Of a stretch of 32,000 nucleotides of DNA, positions 1 to 8,949 are shown one piece after another. The stretch is from Proteobacteria bacterium UBA6503 (GTDB lineage Bacteria; Pseudomonadota; Alphaproteobacteria; UBA1280; UBA6503). The stretch lies in contig DJLZ01000005.1 of the NCBI GenBank assembly GCA_002436405.1, forward strand, positions 635,463-667,462, written 5' to 3'. Made by a program: the position numbers and the translations under genes. Below the pieces are notes generated by a model. It saw nothing but the letters and a program-made list of their open reading frames with translations. It had not been told where the DNA came from and searched no databases. The number at the start of each line of letters is the position of its first letter. Position 1 is the stretch's first letter.

Positions 1-37
1 TTGGCTGTGTCATCATTGTTCAGATTAACCTTAAACG

Positions 38-1336
38 TTATTTCTTGCTTACAAAGGCTACAACGTCGCCAAATGGCACAGTTGTTTGGTCGCCTGTTTC
101 CATGTTCTTCACGCCGCACTCGCCTTTTTCTACTTCATCTTCACCGATGATAATGGTCCAGTTGGCGTTGGCTTTATCAGCCTTTTTAAACTGGCTCTTG
201 AAGCTTGTTTCTTCAAGGGGCATTGCAACTGTATGGCCCTCAGCACGTAGGTCTTCGCTCACCTTAATAGCGGCGTTACGGGCATTTTCACCCATGGCAA
301 CAATCGCAATTGGGCGTGGCAGGTCAGGCAGTGCAGGCATAAGCGCTTCTAGGCGTTCCATGCCTGAGCCAAAACCAATAGCTGGCACATCGTCGCCGCC
401 CATTTGGCCAATAAGGCCGTTGTAGCGGCCACCCGATAGCACCTGACTTTGCGCACCTAGTGCATCGCTGTGAACTTCAAATACGGTATGGCTGTAGTAA
501 TCAAGGCCACGCACAAGGTTTGGGTTGTGCTTCCACTTAATGCCTAGGGCATCAAGGCCTGTTTTTACAGCATCAAAGTGCTTTGTTGATTCTTCTGAAA
601 GGTAGTTATGCATTTGCGGTGCTTCTGAAACAATCGCAATGTCTTCCGGCGCTTTTGAGTCCAACACACGTAGTGGGTTGCGCTCTAGGCGAATTTTTGA
701 ATCTTCTGAAAGCTTATCAGCATGCGGGCGCAGGTAATCAAGCAAAGCTTCGCGGTAGCGCATGCGGTCGGTTTGGTCACCCAGTGAGTTTAGCTCAACG
801 TATAGGTCTTGCCCTACGCCAATGGCTGTCAAAAAGCGGAAGGCCATGCTCAGTAGTTCTACTTCAGCCATAGGGTCAGCAATACCAAAAATCTCAGCGC
901 CTACTTGGTGGTGCTGGCGCATACGGCCCTTTTGTGGGCGTTCGTAACGGAACATAGGTGTGCTGACGTAACAAACCTTAAGCGGTAGGTCTTTCTTCAT
1001 ACCGTTTGAGTAGTAGGCACGTACAACGGGGGCTGTGCCTTCAGGGCGTAGTGTAAGGCTTTCGCCGCCACGGTCTTCAAAGTTGTACATTTCTTTGGTC
1101 ACGATGTCGGTGCTATCGCCAACGTTACGGCTAAAGATTTCGGTAAATTCAAAAATAGGTGTACGGATTTCACCAAAACCATAACGGCCAAACACATCAA
1201 GTGCAGTTTCTTCAATATGACGGAAGCGACGCGCAGTCTCTGGTAACAGATCATGGGTACCGCGTGCCGGTTGCAATAGTTGGCGCGCGCTCTTAGCGTC
1301 TTGTTTATTGGCGGCAGTTTGTTGCACTGTGCTCAT
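38..1336 (-). CDS. hisS: Histidyl-tRNA synthetase
   Basis: 432-aa ORF with class II aaRS/HisS motifs: PARGTHDLLPE, TLRPEGTAPVVRAY, FRYERPQKGRMRQHHQ, LVRGLDYYSHTVFEV, LSGGRYNGL. Confidence 0.96.
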   Translation of the reverse strand: MSTVQQTAANKQDAKSARQLLQPARGTHDLLPETARRFRHIEETALDVFGRYGFGEIRTPIFEFTEIFSRNVGDSTDIVTKEMYNFEDRGGESLTLRPEGTAPVVRAYYSNGMKKDLPLKVCYVSTPMFRYERPQKGRMRQHHQVGAEIFGIADPMAEVELLSMAFRFLTAIGVGQDLYVELNSLGDQTDRMRYREALLDYLRPHADKLSEDSKIRLERNPLRVLDSKAPEDIAIVSEAPQMHNYLSEESTKHFDAVKTGLDALGIKWKHNPNLVRGLDYYSHTVFEVHSDALGAQSQVLSGGRYNGLIGQMGGDDVPAIGFGSGMERLEALMPALPDLPRPIAIVAMGENARNAAIKVSEDLRAEGHTVAMPLEETSFKSQFKKADKANANWTIIIGEDEVEKGECGVKNMETGDQTTVPFGDVVAFVSKK

Positions 1337-1376
1337 AGGTCTTTTCCGTCTTTTATTAATTTATAGGTTCATGCGC

Positions 1377-2558
1377 TTAGTAGCGGTCAGGAACACTCTC
1401 TTCTTGTATCACAACAGAGGGTACTTCAACAATTGCCTTTTGGGCTTGAGTCTCTGGTTCAGGCGCTGTCTTCGGCTTTGTTGGTAGCTTAATGTTTACC
1501 TCTTGGAAGACACCTTGTGGGTAGTAAATATTGTTTAGGTACTCTGGATTCAATGAAAGGCCACGTACACGACGGTCAATAATACCGCTTACGCCTTTAC
1601 GTTCACCATTCACGTAAACAATCAATGCAGGGGGTAGGCCTACGTCTAGTAGTAGGTCATCTTCATTAGGCACAGCATATTCTTCCCCTGCCACAAGTAC
1701 CTTTGCAAATACAGGGAGCGATGCCCCTTCTCGGTATACTGATACCCATACATCATCCACAGCCTTAAGCACTACTGGGGTTGAAGCTTCAATAGCGGCT
1801 GGGGCTTCCATTGTAGGTTCGTACTGGGTTGCCGTTTGTAGAGGTTTCTCTTCTACAGCATCCAGGTTAATCGGGCGGTCAAAAGCTGTTGCGGGCTGAG
1901 CTTCAGTTGCCTTTGGCTTCATAATGTCAGGCATGGCGTTATAGCCATCAGTTTCTGGTACTGCGGCATTAGGGCCAATCACATCGTGGCTTGGGCGGTC
2001 AACCGTCCACCAGATAGCACCCATCAAAACAACAACCAGCAGTGAGGCGAAGATAACCTTCATGGTTGGCAGTGCGCCCTGCTCTACCGGTGTTGGCAGT
2101 GTAAGAGTTGTTTTCTCTTCTGTTTGTAGGTAACGGCCAAGGTCTGAAAGCAGGTCTTGTGCATCAAGCTCCAGCACTTGGGCGTAAATACGAATAAAGC
2201 CACGTACGTATACAAGCTCAGGCAGTTCTTCAAATCGGTTTTGTTCTAGCGCCTCTAGGGTTTCAGCACGAATCTGGGTTTTACGTGCCGCTTGGCTCAA
2301 TGTCATCTTTTGGGCTTTACGGGCACGTTCAAGGCGGCGGCCAATATCTAGGGCGTCTAGCAGGTCGCCTTGGTTTTCATCAACTGTTTTCTTTGACTTT
2401 TGAGCAGCTACCTTTTTAGTGGCAACCTTTTTAGCAGTAGTCTTCTTAGCCACAGGCTTTTTAGCATCTGGCTTTTTAGGGGCCTGCTTCTTGCTAGCCT
2501 CTGGCTTAGCAGTGGTTGCTTTTGCGGCTTTAGGTTTTTTAGCTTTTTCGTCAGTCAT
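1377..2558 (-). CDS. RodZ-like protein: Lys/Ala-rich N-terminal extension, HTH domain, one TM helix, C-terminal DUF4115-like domain
   Basis: 393 aa. HTH segment IGRRLERARKAQKMTLSQAARKTQIRAETLEALEQNRFEELPELVYVRGFIRIYAQ is typical of RodZ/cytoskeletal HTH_25. It is followed by TM segment VIFASLLVVVLMGAIWW and a C-terminal domain with VWVSVYREG. Confidence 0.85.
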   Translation of the reverse strand: MTDEKAKKPKAAKATTAKPEASKKQAPKKPDAKKPVAKKTTAKKVATKKVAAQKSKKTVDENQGDLLDALDIGRRLERARKAQKMTLSQAARKTQIRAETLEALEQNRFEELPELVYVRGFIRIYAQVLELDAQDLLSDLGRYLQTEEKTTLTLPTPVEQGALPTMKVIFASLLVVVLMGAIWWTVDRPSHDVIGPNAAVPETDGYNAMPDIMKPKATEAQPATAFDRPINLDAVEEKPLQTATQYEPTMEAPAAIEASTPVVLKAVDDVWVSVYREGASLPVFAKVLVAGEEYAVPNEDDLLLDVGLPPALIVYVNGERKGVSGIIDRRVRGLSLNPEYLNNIYYPQGVFQEVNIKLPTKPKTAPEPETQAQKAIVEVPSVVIQEESVPDRY

Positions 2559-2694
2559 CAGAATCTTGATTTATTAGTTATTTGCTGAGCCTTTATGGAA
2601 GGCAAATTTTGAATGCATTTATCATACGATAAGATAAGCAGAAATTAAACGTTCACCACCCCTAAAACAATAAAAATTTCAATAAATTGGCAAT

Positions 2695-2728
2695 AAAAAA
2701 AGTGCCACGGCATTACCATGGCACTTTT
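2695..2728 (-). terminator. Rho-independent terminator downstream of rpsU
   Basis: Inverted repeat AAAAGTGCCACGGCATTACCATGGCACTTTT, with an A-run on + (U-run on the minus transcript). Confidence 0.75.
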
Positions 2729-2760
2729 AAAGCCTTTGCGGCCTTTCAGACTAGCAATAA

Positions 2761-2961
2761 CTAGCGTGAGCGGCGACGCTTAGATTCGGTTTTACGAATC
2801 CGACGTGAGGCCTCGATCTTCTCGCGACGACGTTTCTCAGAAGGCTTTTCAAAGAAACGGCGTTTTTTAATTTCACGGAAGAAACCTTCGCGGTTCAGCT
2901 TTTTCTTAAGCTGGCGAATGGCCTGCTCTACGTTATTGTCGTTTACATCAATACGTACCAC
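2761..2961 (-). CDS. rpsU: 30S ribosomal protein S21
   Basis: 66 aa: [48 protein letters not shown]. Confidence 0.95.
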   Translation of the reverse strand: MVRIDVNDNNVEQAIRQLKKKLNREGFFREIKKRRFFEKPSEKRRREKIEASRRIRKTESKRRRSR

Positions 2962-3143
2962 GACAAATCACCCCTTTCAAAAGGTAGTAGGTTAATGTTT
3001 TGTTTTTAAAGCACCTTGCCATAAAAACTTAACAGACATTAGATATGCCTCAAAAAAAGCTTAATCTCAAGCGTTTTTTTAGGCACAATAGAGGCGCGCA
3101 CATTTTAAAACATGTAAATTAAAGAACAAGAAAGCCCGCCGCA

Positions 3144-3926
3144 ATGGAACACAAAGACCCTTCAACACTTGGTAAACTTAAAACCTTGTGCAAAATCCTT
3201 TTCCAAGGCGACGCTGAAACACGCCAAGTTTTTATCGATTACCACCTTATTCGCCGTAAGTATGTGCTGTCTCGTACGTCTGAGCATTTTGGCAAAGATA
3301 AGTTTGAGCCTGCCCCGCTGCTAGGCCGTAGCCTGCTTGACGTTGGCTGTGGTAACAACCGCATTGCGCAAGAGCTTGCACTGCGTGGTGCTGACTGTAT
3401 TTGTATTGACCCCGATGCTGATGTTCTTACCCGTGCCGAACAAGACGCCCAAAAATACGGTGCGCCTATTACATTCCTTCAAACCACCGTTCAAACCATG
3501 GTTAAAGACGGTCAGCAGTTTGATATTATTCTGTGCCTTGATTTGCTTGGCCACTGTAAGGACAGTCAAAAAGCTGTTTGGGCCATGAAGAAGATGTTGG
3601 CCCCTGGTGGCCTTATTGTATTTTCGGCGATTAACCGCACATGGTCATCGTTTTTCTATCATAAGCTTATGGCTGAATATCTTCTCCGCTGGATTCCCCG
3701 CGGTACACACAACAAGGAAAGCTTCCTTTCACCTAAAAAACTTACCGAGATGCTTGCAAAAGAAAACCTCGAGATTAGCCAAACCGTTGGCGTAACCTTT
3801 AACCCTTATCAAAAAGACTGGTATAAAACGGGTGACCTTTCACGCCGCTACATGGGCGTTATTAAGCATAAAGAAGATGCGCGCGTCACCTCAGCAAAAC
3901 CACAAAAGGAAGAGCCTGAAGCCTAA
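3144..3926 (+). CDS. Class I SAM-dependent methyltransferase, UbiG-like (possible 3-demethylubiquinone 3-O-methyltransferase)
   Basis: 260 aa. SAM motif LLDVGCGNNRIAQELALRGADCICIDPD, followed by FDIILCLDLLGHCKD and MLAPGGLIVFSAINRTW. The C-terminus resembles UbiG (WIPRGTHNKESFLSPKKL). Confidence 0.8.
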   Translation: MEHKDPSTLGKLKTLCKILFQGDAETRQVFIDYHLIRRKYVLSRTSEHFGKDKFEPAPLLGRSLLDVGCGNNRIAQELALRGADCICIDPDADVLTRAEQDAQKYGAPITFLQTTVQTMVKDGQQFDIILCLDLLGHCKDSQKAVWAMKKMLAPGGLIVFSAINRTWSSFFYHKLMAEYLLRWIPRGTHNKESFLSPKKLTEMLAKENLEISQTVGVTFNPYQKDWYKTGDLSRRYMGVIKHKEDARVTSAKPQKEEPEA

Positions 3927-3954
3927 TCACTTTAGCCTACAAGCTTCACCGCAC

Positions 3955-3987
3955 AAAAAAGCCGGCCCTAAAAGAGGCCGGCTTTTC
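3955..3987. terminator. Bidirectional hairpin terminator between convergent methyltransferase and glutaredoxin genes
   Basis: AAAAAAGCCGGCCCTAAAAGAGGCCGGCTTTT, perfect GC-rich stem with A/T tracts on both sides. Confidence 0.85.
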
Positions 3988-4000
3988 TTATATTTGACGC

Positions 4001-4258
4001 TTAGTCTTTTAGTAAAGGCTCAAGCTTGCCTTGGTCATGCAGGGCATAAACATCATCACAGCCACCAAGGTGTTTACCGTTTACAAAAATTTGCGGCACG
4101 GTAGTGCGGCCATTGGCCATTGAGACCATCTCGCTTTTACGTTGAGGGTTGGCCATAAGGTCAATCTCTTCGTAGTTTTGGCCAAGTTTGTCAAACAGTG
4201 CCTTGGCACGTTGGCAAAACGGGCAATAATCTTTTGAGTAAATAAGAACCGTCGTCAT
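4001..4258 (-). CDS. grxC: Glutaredoxin 3
   Basis: 85 aa with CPFCQRAK redox motif, TVPQIFVNGKHLGGCDD (TVPxIF, GG-D). Confidence 0.93.
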   Translation of the reverse strand: MTTVLIYSKDYCPFCQRAKALFDKLGQNYEEIDLMANPQRKSEMVSMANGRTTVPQIFVNGKHLGGCDDVYALHDQGKLEPLLKD

Positions 4259-4336
4259 GGGTACTTTCCTTTTTAATCTCGATATACTTTATCTAACGAC
4301 TGAGTCCGTGTGAGGTTCCCACATTTTGCAGGAGGA

Positions 4337-5059
4337 CTACCCTCCTACTTTAGGCTCTACAAATGCGAACGTCAAGACTTGTACATACAAAACACCAGCC
4401 TCTTTTAACGCTTGGGCGCAGAAATCAGCGGTGCTACCCGTAGTACATACATCATCTACTAATACAACACGCTTGCCTTTAAGGGTTTCATCCGCAACAA
4501 AGGCACCTTTTAACTGAGCACGGCGCACATCAGCCTTTTGCCCTACTTGGCTTTGCGTATGGCGCACACGGGTTAAACCAAAAGGCACAACCTCAATACC
4601 TGAGAGTTTGCCTAAGTGCTTAGCAAGGTCACCCGCTTGGTTATAAGCCCTGCGGTATAGGCGTTTTTTATGGAGTGGCACAGGAACAATAACGTCAGCA
4701 CCGTCTTCAATATAGGGTAGCATTTGCTGTGCCATAAGGCGTGCCGCTGGGCGCTGGCCACCGTATTTAAGATTCTTCACCATATCCATTGCCATCCCCT
4801 CATACAAAAACGGGGCGGTAAAGCTGTCATAATGGTCTTCTTCGGCCATAAAGTTCATGGTTTCACGCAGGGTATCTGCGCTATGAAGCTGCCCCCAGCA
4901 CACCGCACAAAGGGTTGGGCTAAAATCAGGGGTTTGAACCACCGTACGGCAGCCAAGGCAAGTTTGTGGCAAGCATAGGTCAAGCGCCCCTTTAGAAATG
5001 CGCTTTGCAAAAGCATAAGCCTTTGCCTTACTGAATACTTTATTTGCCTGCTTAATCAT
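4337..5059 (-). CDS. comF: ComF-family phosphoribosyltransferase
   Basis: N-terminal zinc-type Cys motifs (CLPQTCLGC...LCAVCW), VIVPVPLHKKRLYRRAYNQA, PRTase motif RVVLVDDVCTTGST. Track ORF starts at 5149; internal Met at 5059 (MIKQANKVF) is the more plausible start and avoids overlapping the divergent gene. Confidence 0.88.
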   Translation of the reverse strand: MIKQANKVFSKAKAYAFAKRISKGALDLCLPQTCLGCRTVVQTPDFSPTLCAVCWGQLHSADTLRETMNFMAEEDHYDSFTAPFLYEGMAMDMVKNLKYGGQRPAARLMAQQMLPYIEDGADVIVPVPLHKKRLYRRAYNQAGDLAKHLGKLSGIEVVPFGLTRVRHTQSQVGQKADVRRAQLKGAFVADETLKGKRVVLVDDVCTTGSTADFCAQALKEAGVLYVQVLTFAFVEPKVGG

Positions 5060-5074
5060 GGTAACTAGATTAGC

Positions 5075-5935
5075 ATGAATCAAATGATTTACCAGCCCCA
5101 GCACCTGCAAGCTCGCTTTAACAATGCCGCGAGCAATGACCGTTTGCACCCCATTTACCGTGAGGTTGCCGAGCGCCTGTGCGACCGCCTAGAAGACACT
5201 AAGCGCACCTACCCCCTTGCCCTTGAGTTAGGCACAGGTTCGGGCAGTATTGCGCATAGCTTCCCTGCTTCAAAGCGCCCAGAGTCTCTGCTCACGCTTG
5301 ACTTCAGCCATGATGCCCTGCAAAAGGCTGAAGGTTATGATCTTCGCCTGCAAGCCAACGCCGAAATGCCGCTACCGTTTGCCCCCCGCACGTTTGACCT
5401 TGTGCTTACAAACCTTATGCTGCCTTGGGCTAATAACCCCACACGTGTGCTTGCTCAAGCGGGCCAAGCCCTAAAAGATGACGGCCTGTTTTTGGCAACC
5501 ACCCTTGGTGATCAAACATTTTATGAATTTCAGCATGTATTTGGTGCTATGGGGGCGAAGTTCCCGCACATGAACCCAATGCCTGATGTGCAAACTGTTG
5601 GCAGCATTTTGCAGCAAGTAGGCTTTGCCCTGCCTGTGATTGACCGCGACATGATTACCCTTGAGTACAATAGCTTTAGCGATATTCTGGCTGATCTTAA
5701 AGCCGTAGGCCCTACAAACCTGCACCCTGAGCGTAAGCGCGGCCTGACCACCAAAGCTTTCTGGGCTGAGGTTGAGCAAAAGTACACTGAGATGTTTGCC
5801 AAGCCTAACGCCAAGCTACCCCTTACCCTTGAGGTGATTTACCTCCACGGTTGGCGCCCGCACCACAGCCAACAAAAGCCGCTGCCCCGTGGCAGTGCAC
5901 AAGTTGATTTATCTGAAGTTTTGGGCAAGATGTAG
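5075..5935 (+). CDS. SAM-dependent methyltransferase (BioC / NDUFAF5-like family)
   Basis: 286 aa: QARFNNAA...LALELGTGSGSIAHSF, FDLVLTNLMLPWANNPTRVLAQAGQALKDDGLFLATTLGDQTFYEF. The W-x-x-N-P region plus L..DG-F/L-TTLG is typical of this family. Start could also be the Met at 5084. Confidence 0.82.
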   Translation: MNQMIYQPQHLQARFNNAASNDRLHPIYREVAERLCDRLEDTKRTYPLALELGTGSGSIAHSFPASKRPESLLTLDFSHDALQKAEGYDLRLQANAEMPLPFAPRTFDLVLTNLMLPWANNPTRVLAQAGQALKDDGLFLATTLGDQTFYEFQHVFGAMGAKFPHMNPMPDVQTVGSILQQVGFALPVIDRDMITLEYNSFSDILADLKAVGPTNLHPERKRGLTTKAFWAEVEQKYTEMFAKPNAKLPLTLEVIYLHGWRPHHSQQKPLPRGSAQVDLSEVLGKM

Positions 5936-5942
5936 AAATTTA

Positions 5943-5967
5943 AAAGGGCGGTGATGACCGCCCTTTA
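5943..5967. terminator. Hairpin terminator between convergent methyltransferase and nitroreductase genes
   Basis: AAAGGGCGGTGATGACCGCCCTTTA, symmetric stem between convergent stop codons. Confidence 0.75.
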
Positions 5968-5979
5968 TTATATATTTAG

Positions 5980-6516
5980 TTAATACCACGTTGTCTTTTC
6001 CTGCCAGTGCGGCTTTGCACGAAGTGGCTGCGGGCGGTCAGTATCAGGGTGCCCCACGTAGAAGAAGCCCATAATGCGGTCTTCTTTAGACTCATCTACC
6101 TTAAGCAGGTCTTTTACTGGTTTTTGCTCACAAAACTTACCGCTCTTCCAAAAGCCTGCAAGGCCAAGGCCATGGGCTGCAAGTGCCATGTTTTGTAGGG
6201 CAGCTGCTGTTGCGGCATGGTCTTCCCATACAGGTGGGTTTTTCTCGCCGCGGCCGGGTGTAGCTACCACTGCAATTACCGTTGGCGCACGGAAGGCCTT
6301 TTGGCCAGTTTCTTCACCGTTTTCAACAGCCAAAGCATCTGCTAGCTTTTGGCGTGCGTCTCCCGAAAATACATGAAACGCCCAAGGCTCGGTACGTTTG
6401 TGGTTTGGTGCCCAAGCGGCCATTTCAAGGAGGGCTTCGATTTGTTCTTTACTGACGGGTTGGTCGGTCACAATGCCGTTGCTGCGGCGGGTTTCGATAG
6501 CTGTAAAAATATCCAT
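5980..6516 (-). CDS. Nitroreductase family protein
   Basis: MDIFTAIETRRSNGIVTDQPVSKEQIEALLEMAAWAPNHKRTEPWAFHVFSG is the classical nitroreductase N-terminus. Track start at 6618 adds 34 unconserved-looking residues; internal Met at 6516 preferred. Confidence 0.86.
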   Translation of the reverse strand: MDIFTAIETRRSNGIVTDQPVSKEQIEALLEMAAWAPNHKRTEPWAFHVFSGDARQKLADALAVENGEETGQKAFRAPTVIAVVATPGRGEKNPPVWEDHAATAAALQNMALAAHGLGLAGFWKSGKFCEQKPVKDLLKVDESKEDRIMGFFYVGHPDTDRPQPLRAKPHWQEKTTWY

Positions 6517-6622
6517 AGGGAGGAGTTGCTTTCTAGTTCTGAGTTTTATGTTCTTGATATTATGCAACGGTGTTAATCTGTATGTGTTAAAGTAACATAT
6601 AATTAAAAAGACGCTCAACCCT

Positions 6623-7384
6623 ATGAAGTTCCTAATTGCACTATTTGCCTTTGGCGCTGCTGTTATTGGTGTGTTGGTTGCTGTTCTCTATGAAGAAGGC
6701 AACATGCAATACAGCGACCGCCTTGAAGTTATTCAAAACAACGACTGTGTTGTTGTCCTCCACGGTTTAAAGATGAGCCCACGCCATTTATCATTCATGG
6801 CTCGCTCGCTCGAAAAAGAAGGCTATGATGTTTACAACATCGGCTACGACTCTGACGCTGAGACCATTGAAAACATTGCCCGCAACCAAGTGCGCAGCCA
6901 AATGCCACAAACCTGTGAAGGCCGCTTGCACTTTGTAGGCCATTCAATGGGGGGGATTATTATCCGTGAGCTTTTGAAGCAAGACACACCCGGCAACATC
7001 GGCCGCATTGTGATGCTCGGCACCCCAAACCAAGGCAGCGAGATGGTTGACTTCCTGATGGAAACCCCAGTCATCAGCACTGTATTTGACCTTATGTTTG
7101 GCCCGGCTGCTGAAGAACTACGCACTAAGAAAAATACCTACCTTGAAGAACTACCTGCGCCTGTGGTGCAAACAGGTATTATCGCTGGCGATAACTACAT
7201 TGAGCCTATTGGCGGTATGTTTGTCCTCCCTGCCCCGAACGACGGTAAGGTAAGCGTGAAGAGTGCTAAGCTCCCAACCATGACTGACTTTGTGCTACTG
7301 CATGATTCTCACTTCTGGCTGCCAATCAGCCACGAGGCCCGTATGCAAACACTGCACTTCCTAAAAAATGGCAAGTTTAAATAA
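6623..7384 (+). CDS. Alpha/beta hydrolase / lipase-like protein with N-terminal membrane anchor or signal
   Basis: Hydrophobic N-terminus FLIALFAFGAAVIGVLVAVL; VVLHGLKMSPRHLSFM oxyanion region; nucleophile elbow LHFVGHSMGGIIIREL; MLGTPNQGSEMVDFL; C-terminal DSHFWLP supplies the candidate His. Confidence 0.85.
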   Translation: MKFLIALFAFGAAVIGVLVAVLYEEGNMQYSDRLEVIQNNDCVVVLHGLKMSPRHLSFMARSLEKEGYDVYNIGYDSDAETIENIARNQVRSQMPQTCEGRLHFVGHSMGGIIIRELLKQDTPGNIGRIVMLGTPNQGSEMVDFLMETPVISTVFDLMFGPAAEELRTKKNTYLEELPAPVVQTGIIAGDNYIEPIGGMFVLPAPNDGKVSVKSAKLPTMTDFVLLHDSHFWLPISHEARMQTLHFLKNGKFK

Positions 7385-7396
7385 GCCTAGAATAGC

Positions 7397-7427
7397 AAAA
7401 AGCCCCGCTTGGTAGCGGGGCTTTTTT
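7397..7427. terminator. Bidirectional hairpin terminator between hydrolase gene and gltX
   Basis: AAAAAGCCCCGCTTGGTAGCGGGGCTTTTTT, perfect stem with A/T tracts. Confidence 0.88.
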
Positions 7428-7438
7428 ATTGGGGCAAG

Positions 7439-8839
7439 TTACTTACCAGCTGCTTTATGCAAGCGGTTGCGGGCACGGTCTTCACCGATAAGCGGCAACA
7501 GGTCAGCAAGCTCAGGGCCATGCTCAACGCCTGTAAGGGCTAGACGCAATGGCATAAACAAAGCTTTACCTTTGCGGCCTGTCTTCTCTTTCAGTTCACC
7601 AACCCACTGGCTCCAAGTATCGCCGTTGTATGGGCCTTGAGGTAATGTTTGTTCTGCTTGCGCAATGTAGGCAGCATCTTCGTCGTTTAGGTTTGCTGGG
7701 GCAATGTCTGCAAAGCAAAGCTTAAACTGCTCTGATACTTCTTCAAGGCGTTGCAAGTTCGGGCGTACAGTCTGCCAGAAGCTTTCAAGTGTTGCCTCGT
7801 CCATATCGGCTGAAATCATATCAAGCACTTGGTCTTTAACCTCAGGCCATTCCATTTTATGGATAAGCTGTGCGTTAAGGCGGTCAACTTGGTCAAGGTC
7901 AAAGCGTACTGGTGCACGGCCGATTTTTGAAAAATCAAAGCGCTCGGCAAGTTCGTCAATCGTCCCAATTTGCGGGTCAGTACTTGTGCCAATCGCTGCA
8001 AGGTACGAAACGATAGCCTCAGGCATGTAGCCGTTTTCTTGTAGCTGAGTAATTGAAAGGCTATCCAAACGTTTTGAAAGTTTGCCGCCATCATGGTCAA
8101 GCATCATTGGTAGGTGTGCAAATTTAGGGCATTTACCATCGTTCAATGCTTCAAAAATACGTACCTGAATAGCTGTGTTCGTTACGTGGTCTTCACCGCG
8201 GATAATATGTGTAACCTTTTGGTTAATATCGTCAACCGCAGCGGCAAAGGCAAATGTAGGAATACCGTTTGAACGCACAATAACAGGGTCACCACCAAGG
8301 TGCTGGGCTTCGTAGCGCACGGTGCCACGCACTAGGTCTTCGAACAAAATTTCGCCATCAATAAGCTTAAAGCGAATCACAGGCTCACGGCCTTCCGCTC
8401 GAAAAGCGTCACGCTCGGCATCGGTAAGGTCACGGTGGCGGTTATCGTAACCAGGAGGCAGACCACGAGATGTACGCATACGACGAATCATGTCGAGTTC
8501 TTCTTTCGATACAAAGCACTCGTACACAAGGCCCATATCAAACAGGGTATCTAGGGCTTTAGTGTAATCACCATTCGCAGCACGTTCGCGCGTGCGGTAT
8601 GGGCCATATTCGCCACCATGGGTAATTGATTCGTCAGGTGTCATACCTAGCCAATCCAGAGCAGCCATCATGTTTTGTTCGGCGTCGTTTACCTGTCGCT
8701 CAATGTCCGTATCTTCGAAGCGAAGAATAAATTCCCCCTTCTCTTTACGTGCAAACAAAACGTTTGCCAAAGCTGTACGTACATTACCTACGTGTAGCTT
8801 ACCTGTTGGGCTTGGTGCAAAGCGAACTCGAACCGTCAT
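7439..8839 (-). CDS. gltX: Glutamyl-tRNA synthetase
   Basis: 466 aa. VRFAPSPTGKLHVGNVRTALANVLFARKEKGEFILRFEDTD and signature DGGKLSKR. Confidence 0.96.
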   Translation of the reverse strand: MTVRVRFAPSPTGKLHVGNVRTALANVLFARKEKGEFILRFEDTDIERQVNDAEQNMMAALDWLGMTPDESITHGGEYGPYRTRERAANGDYTKALDTLFDMGLVYECFVSKEELDMIRRMRTSRGLPPGYDNRHRDLTDAERDAFRAEGREPVIRFKLIDGEILFEDLVRGTVRYEAQHLGGDPVIVRSNGIPTFAFAAAVDDINQKVTHIIRGEDHVTNTAIQVRIFEALNDGKCPKFAHLPMMLDHDGGKLSKRLDSLSITQLQENGYMPEAIVSYLAAIGTSTDPQIGTIDELAERFDFSKIGRAPVRFDLDQVDRLNAQLIHKMEWPEVKDQVLDMISADMDEATLESFWQTVRPNLQRLEEVSEQFKLCFADIAPANLNDEDAAYIAQAEQTLPQGPYNGDTWSQWVGELKEKTGRKGKALFMPLRLALTGVEHGPELADLLPLIGEDRARNRLHKAAGK

Positions 8840-8949
8840 GATTTTTAGGCCTTTCTGTTTAAATAAGGGTCAAAAAGTAACACACACGGGCATTATAAGG
8901 CAATCGTTCTTAGCTTGCCAGTTGCGAAAAGTTTAATTATTATCCACCA

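Noticed and set aside
45-947. Several plus-strand ORFs (45..425, 583..873, 762..947) opposite hisS
   Set aside because: All are antisense to a full-length, motif-complete hisS and resemble no known protein.
3832-4104. 90-aa plus-strand ORF spanning the methyltransferase end, the terminator and the grxC 3' end
   Set aside because: Crosses a strong bidirectional terminator and is out of frame with both real genes.
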